A stretch of DNA of 64,000 bases, taken from Bacteroidia bacterium (lineage in GTDB: Bacteria > Bacteroidota > Bacteroidia > NS11-12g > UBA9320). The notes beneath the pieces are model-generated. The model had not been told where the DNA came from, did no database searches, and worked only from the letters and a program-made list of their open reading frames with translations. Below are positions 60,155 to 64,000 of the stretch, piece by piece. The stretch spans positions 640,001 through 704,000 of the forward strand of contig CBDCFW010000006.1 of the NCBI GenBank assembly GCA_965216465.1, in the 5' to 3' direction. Numbering within the stretch: position 1 is the first letter of the stretch; each line of letters opens with the position of its first letter. A program made the position numbers and the translations under genes.

Positions 60155-60801
60155 ACTGCAAGAAGTGACTCTGCAGCAGTTACCTTTTGCTCTAGTTCTA
60201 CCTTAATATCAGATCCTATAGGAAGAAATACATCAACTCTTGAACCAAATTTGATAAAGCCCATTTCGTTACCCATTGTTGCTTTATCAGCAGGCTTTAC
60301 ATACCATCTAATTCTTCGAGCTACCGCTCCAGCAATCTGTCTGAAAAGTATTTCTGTTCCGTCTTCTCTTTTGATTACCGTAGTTGTGCGTTCATTTTCC
60401 GTTGAAGACTTTGGGTGCCACGCAACAAGGTACTTGCCCGGGTGATATTTAAAGTAAGATACAATCCCAGATATTGGGTTTCTGTTAACATGAACATTCA
60501 GCGGCGACATAAAGATTGAAATTTGAATTCTTTTGTCGTTGAAATATTCTGTTTCTTCAACCTCTTCAATCACAACCACTTTTCCGTCACAAGGGCAAAC
60601 AACGCCTCCTTCAGTTTTGTCAGAATACCTTGGTGGGTTTCTGAAAAACCGGATAACTAAAATGTATAGAACCAAAAGTGGCAATCCAATCAGTAGCATT
60701 AACCACTCTGGGGCCGAAAATTCAGCCAAAGCATAGACAACTGCAACGAAAATGAATGTTGCAATCAGAATGATTTTATACCCTTCTCTATGAATCTTCA
60801 T
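60148..60801 (-). CDS. psd: Phosphatidylserine decarboxylase
   Basis: FFRNP, IFMSPLNVHVNR, FGSRVD. Confidence 0.93.
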   Translation of the reverse strand: MKIHREGYKIILIATFIFVAVVYALAEFSAPEWLMLLIGLPLLVLYILVIRFFRNPPRYSDKTEGGVVCPCDGKVVVIEEVEETEYFNDKRIQISIFMSPLNVHVNRNPISGIVSYFKYHPGKYLVAWHPKSSTENERTTTVIKREDGTEILFRQIAGAVARRIRWYVKPADKATMGNEMGFIKFGSRVDVFLPIGSDIKVELEQKVTAAESLLAVC

Positions 60802-62078
60802 TAAAATATACCTCTTAGATGCGAAGTACTTGCTACTTTTTCAATAGCGACAATATATGCTGCTGTTCTCAAGCTACACTTGTATTTTTTAGAAGCTTTG
60901 TACACATTATCAAATGCTTGCTTCATAATACGATCAGCTCTTCTGTTAACTCGCTCTTCTGTCCAGAAGTAACCTAGTCTATTTTGAACCCATTCGAAGT
61001 ATGAAACAGATACACCTCCAGCATTCGCTAGGATATCAGGTACAACCATAATTCCATTCTCTTCAAGAATTTTATCAGCATTTGATGCTGTTGGACCATT
61101 GGCGCCTTCAACAATCAATTTAGCCTTTATGCGAGCGGCATTTTCAACCGTAATTTGATCTTCTAATGCTGCAGGAACCAAAATATCAACGTCTAATTCA
61201 AGAAGCTCCTCATTTGATATGATTTTACCTCCTTTATAGCCTTCTAAACTTTGGTTCTTATCTACATATTTTATGGCTTCTTCTATGTCTAATCCATCTG
61301 GGTTATGGTAAGCTCCAGATATATCAGAAATAGCTACGATTTTCACTCCTTGCATTTCAAGTAACTTGGCTGAAATGCTACCAACGTTTCCAAATCCTTG
61401 TACAGCACAAGTAGACTTTGACGGATTCATTTTGAGTTTCGCCATTGCACTACGAGCAGAAACCATAACGCCTCTACCCGTCGCTTCAACACGACCTAAA
61501 GAACCTCCTAAAACTAGAGGCTTACCGGTAACTACTGCTGGAGATGCTTTACCAGAAAGTTTCGAATACTCATCCATAATCCAGGCCATTGTTTGTGGGT
61601 TTGTACCCATGTCTGGAGCTGGAATATCCTTTTCTGGATTGAAAACATCGCGCATTGCAAGCGTAAAAGTTCTAGTCAATCGTTCAAGTTCGCCTTGAGA
61701 CATGCTACGAGGATCACAAGTAATACCTCCTTTACCACCACCGTAAGGAATTCCTACAACAGCGCATTTCCATGTCATCCAAGCAGCTAATGCTTTTACT
61801 TCATCGAGGTTTACTCCCAAAGAGTAACGAATTCCTCCTTTACTAGGTCCTAGTTTTGAAGAATGAACTACACGGTATCCCTGAAATACTTTAACAGTAC
61901 CGTCATCCATAGTTACTGGAAGACTAACTATAACTGCTTTTTCTGGTGATTTAAGTGCGTTGTAAGTTGATTCGTCTAGTCCTAAAATTTCGGCAGCCTC
62001 GTTGAATCGTTCCATCATCGACTCCAGTGGATTTAGCTCATCCGTAATAGGAGCTGGCTCTTTAAACTTTAATTTCAT
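60801..62078 (-). CDS. Glu/Leu/Phe/Val dehydrogenase (glutamate dehydrogenase)
   Basis: GPSKGGIR, GGGKGG, PAPD, GFGNVG, EGANGP. Confidence 0.95.
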   Translation of the reverse strand: MKLKFKEPAPITDELNPLESMMERFNEAAEILGLDESTYNALKSPEKAVIVSLPVTMDDGTVKVFQGYRVVHSSKLGPSKGGIRYSLGVNLDEVKALAAWMTWKCAVVGIPYGGGKGGITCDPRSMSQGELERLTRTFTLAMRDVFNPEKDIPAPDMGTNPQTMAWIMDEYSKLSGKASPAVVTGKPLVLGGSLGRVEATGRGVMVSARSAMAKLKMNPSKSTCAVQGFGNVGSISAKLLEMQGVKIVAISDISGAYHNPDGLDIEEAIKYVDKNQSLEGYKGGKIISNEELLELDVDILVPAALEDQITVENAARIKAKLIVEGANGPTASNADKILEENGIMVVPDILANAGGVSVSYFEWVQNRLGYFWTEERVNRRADRIMKQAFDNVYKASKKYKCSLRTAAYIVAIEKVASTSHLRGIF

Positions 62079-62154
62079 TTAGATTTGAAATGATTGGTAG
62101 GGGCAAATGTATTTATTCTTATTAATGCAAGGATATTTGAGGATAGAAATCTTT

Positions 62155-62946
62155 TCACAACAATAATAATATGACCAAATATGGCAATGCTGAAAGCAGT
62201 ATTGAGTCGATTCTATCCAATATACCTCCATGTCCAGGAATGAGATTTCCGCTATCTTTTACTCCAACCTTCCGCTTCATATACGATTCTACAAAGTCTC
62301 CAAAAGTTGCAAAAAAGACGATGACAGCAGCTAGTAGTATGGCATTCTTTGGCAACTCAAGCCAATACTGATTCACAATGTGCATCACACCTAGGGTTAC
62401 AACCGCACCTCCAATGGTACCTTCAATTGTTTTCTTAGGTGAAACCTTCGGAAATATAGGTCGTTTACCTATGCTTTTCCCAACAACATAAGCCATCGAA
62501 TCATAAGTCCATATTGTGATCAGATAGAACAACATATAATAGGCGTTGTTCTCTGGATACTGAATATACCAAAAGGCAAGTGCCGCAAGTGGCAACCACA
62601 AGTATAAAGTTGCAAAAATGTAATTGACGGTATTCTTGTTCTTCAATTCCAAATACAAGGCAATAACCATCAAGACTTGCAAAATCCACGCGACTAAGAA
62701 GTGAGTATCAAAAAGCTCTCGCATTCCAAACACAATGCCGTAAGCAATTATTCCAGCAAAGAGCAGTGGGTTCACATAATTGTGCTGATTACTTTTCTTA
62801 CCTGCGAGCGTGCTCATTTCGTTGATGCTTAAGAAAGCTAAGATGGCCATAAGTGAAGGAAAATATGGACTTCCTAACAGACAGGCACCAACCATAATGG
62901 CTACATAAATAGACCCAAAAATTAAGCGTAAACTCAGATTAGACAT
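62155..62946 (-). CDS. cdsA: Phosphatidate cytidylyltransferase
   Basis: SPKKTIEG, KDSG..PGHGGILDRIDS. Confidence 0.95.
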   Translation of the reverse strand: MSNLSLRLIFGSIYVAIMVGACLLGSPYFPSLMAILAFLSINEMSTLAGKKSNQHNYVNPLLFAGIIAYGIVFGMRELFDTHFLVAWILQVLMVIALYLELKNKNTVNYIFATLYLWLPLAALAFWYIQYPENNAYYMLFYLITIWTYDSMAYVVGKSIGKRPIFPKVSPKKTIEGTIGGAVVTLGVMHIVNQYWLELPKNAILLAAVIVFFATFGDFVESYMKRKVGVKDSGNLIPGHGGILDRIDSILLSALPYLVILLLL

Positions 62947-63886
62947 AGAAATTTTCAGTTTTAGGTGATGCGTTCTTTTGCATATAGTAAAACAATCCTG
63001 CTACGAGCAATCCAAATACCACAATTACTGCGGTTGGAATTGATTGTCCCTGCTCCAGGGCCTTTGTATAGTCACCATCCGTAATAAAATATATTTGAGA
63101 GACTGCAATTGCATTATTTATAAAGTGAGCAATAATTGAAGTCCAAAGTGATCTTGTCCAATAAACAGCATATCCAAACACAACTGCTAAAAAGAACATT
63201 GGAATTACCTTCATAAACTGCATATGAATAGCACTGAATATAAAAGCAGTTAGAAAGATTGCTACATGCATATTCTTGAACAATCCATTAAATGCATTCA
63301 TCAAGAAACCGCGAAAGAAAAACTCTTCGGCAAGTGCAGGCATCAATGCCATAAAAATTAAACTGGTAACAAACGGAACAGTCCCGGTTTCACTCAACAT
63401 TACCTCATACAAATTATTGTTTGATGCTTCTTGTTTCAACAACCAATCATTCAGATTAGGCCATTGGCTAAAATCAATTAATTTATTGAGTTCAAGCAAT
63501 GGATTCATCAAGGGCACAGCAAAAAACACGAAGGTAATAGCAAGGATAAACCACTTTAAATTTTGCGGTCTATTTAGCAATAAGTAGTCTTTTGATGATG
63601 CACGAATCAGAATTGCAATGACCACGGCTGCAACAATTAATGGGAGTGAAGAGCTGAAAAAAGTAAACAGCTTTAATCCCAGAACGTTGCCCTCAAAGTG
63701 GCTAACTAAATCGAGCCCAGCAAGGTCAGAAAAACTGTTGCCCATTGCGAGCCATACCAGTACAGTGAATACACCGATACTGAGCAAAAATACCCCTCCA
63801 CCGATGAGTAAATGAGCCAAGGCATCAAATCGAGTAGGCCTTTTTACTTGTTCAGCCGTATCTTTGCCGTGATTTTTTTCTTCCAT
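62939..63886 (-). CDS. CPBP (CAAX/Abi) intramembrane metalloprotease (likely start ATG 63886)
   Basis: EEFFFRG, FSAIH, AHFINN. Confidence 0.9.
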   Translation of the reverse strand: MEEKNHGKDTAEQVKRPTRFDALAHLLIGGGVFLLSIGVFTVLVWLAMGNSFSDLAGLDLVSHFEGNVLGLKLFTFFSSSLPLIVAAVVIAILIRASSKDYLLLNRPQNLKWFILAITFVFFAVPLMNPLLELNKLIDFSQWPNLNDWLLKQEASNNNLYEVMLSETGTVPFVTSLIFMALMPALAEEFFFRGFLMNAFNGLFKNMHVAIFLTAFIFSAIHMQFMKVIPMFFLAVVFGYAVYWTRSLWTSIIAHFINNAIAVSQIYFITDGDYTKALEQGQSIPTAVIVVFGLLVAGLFYYMQKNASPKTENFYV

Positions 63887-64000
63887 CCGAAAACTATTCG
63901 GCAAATATGGTAAAAATAGGTAACATAACGCTAGAGGACTTCCCGTTGATTCTTGCACCCATGGAGGATGTTAGTGACCCCCCATTTCGTGCAGTTTGTA

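Noticed and set aside
1996-63815. Numerous 60-125 aa ORFs antisense or out of frame within long genes (e.g. 1996..2274, 5762..6112, 14784..15128, 17183..17560, 55901..56275, 61366..61698)
   Set aside because: They are shadow ORFs overlapping well-supported genes and have no recognisable motifs
62939-63886. CPBP/'Abi' protease as an abortive-infection gene
   Set aside because: It sits in a housekeeping operon with cdsA; the family name does not imply defence

Overview
This is a Bacteroidota-type chromosomal window: T9SS cargo proteins, a TonB-dependent receptor, TAnnTTTG promoters and a mevalonate-type HMG-CoA synthase all point that way. About 21.8-64 kb is mostly housekeeping and envelope genes (metG, dut, mscL, psd, cdsA, glutamate dehydrogenase, fused 2-oxoacid dehydrogenase E1, EnvC/TPR cluster, peptidases). 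It also holds a secreted TPR-CHAT protease convergent with an ECF sigma / anti-sigma operon. The main accessory feature is a ~15.1 kb island (6599-21728) integrated in a tRNA-CAT (probably Ile2) gene and bounded by a perfect 43-bp direct repeat. The island has no recognisable integrase and is filled with defence-like genes: a PD-(D/E)xK nuclease, an McrA-like HNH, a tandem DUF262 pair, a type IIG/DrmMI-like methyltransferase remnant with a coupled GGCT-fold gene, a frameshifted Cap4/DUF4297-like nuclease, an HTH protein, and an intact Panacea-like/DUF488 plus partner operon. An IS3-family element with no target duplication sits between two genes that have both lost their 5' ends, which implies a central deletion. 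The first 6.6 kb contains a type III PKS/UbiA/methyltransferase operon, a 111-bp duplication around two small ORFs, and a repeat-flanked two-gene cassette. All family calls come from reading motifs by eye; no database searches were run.
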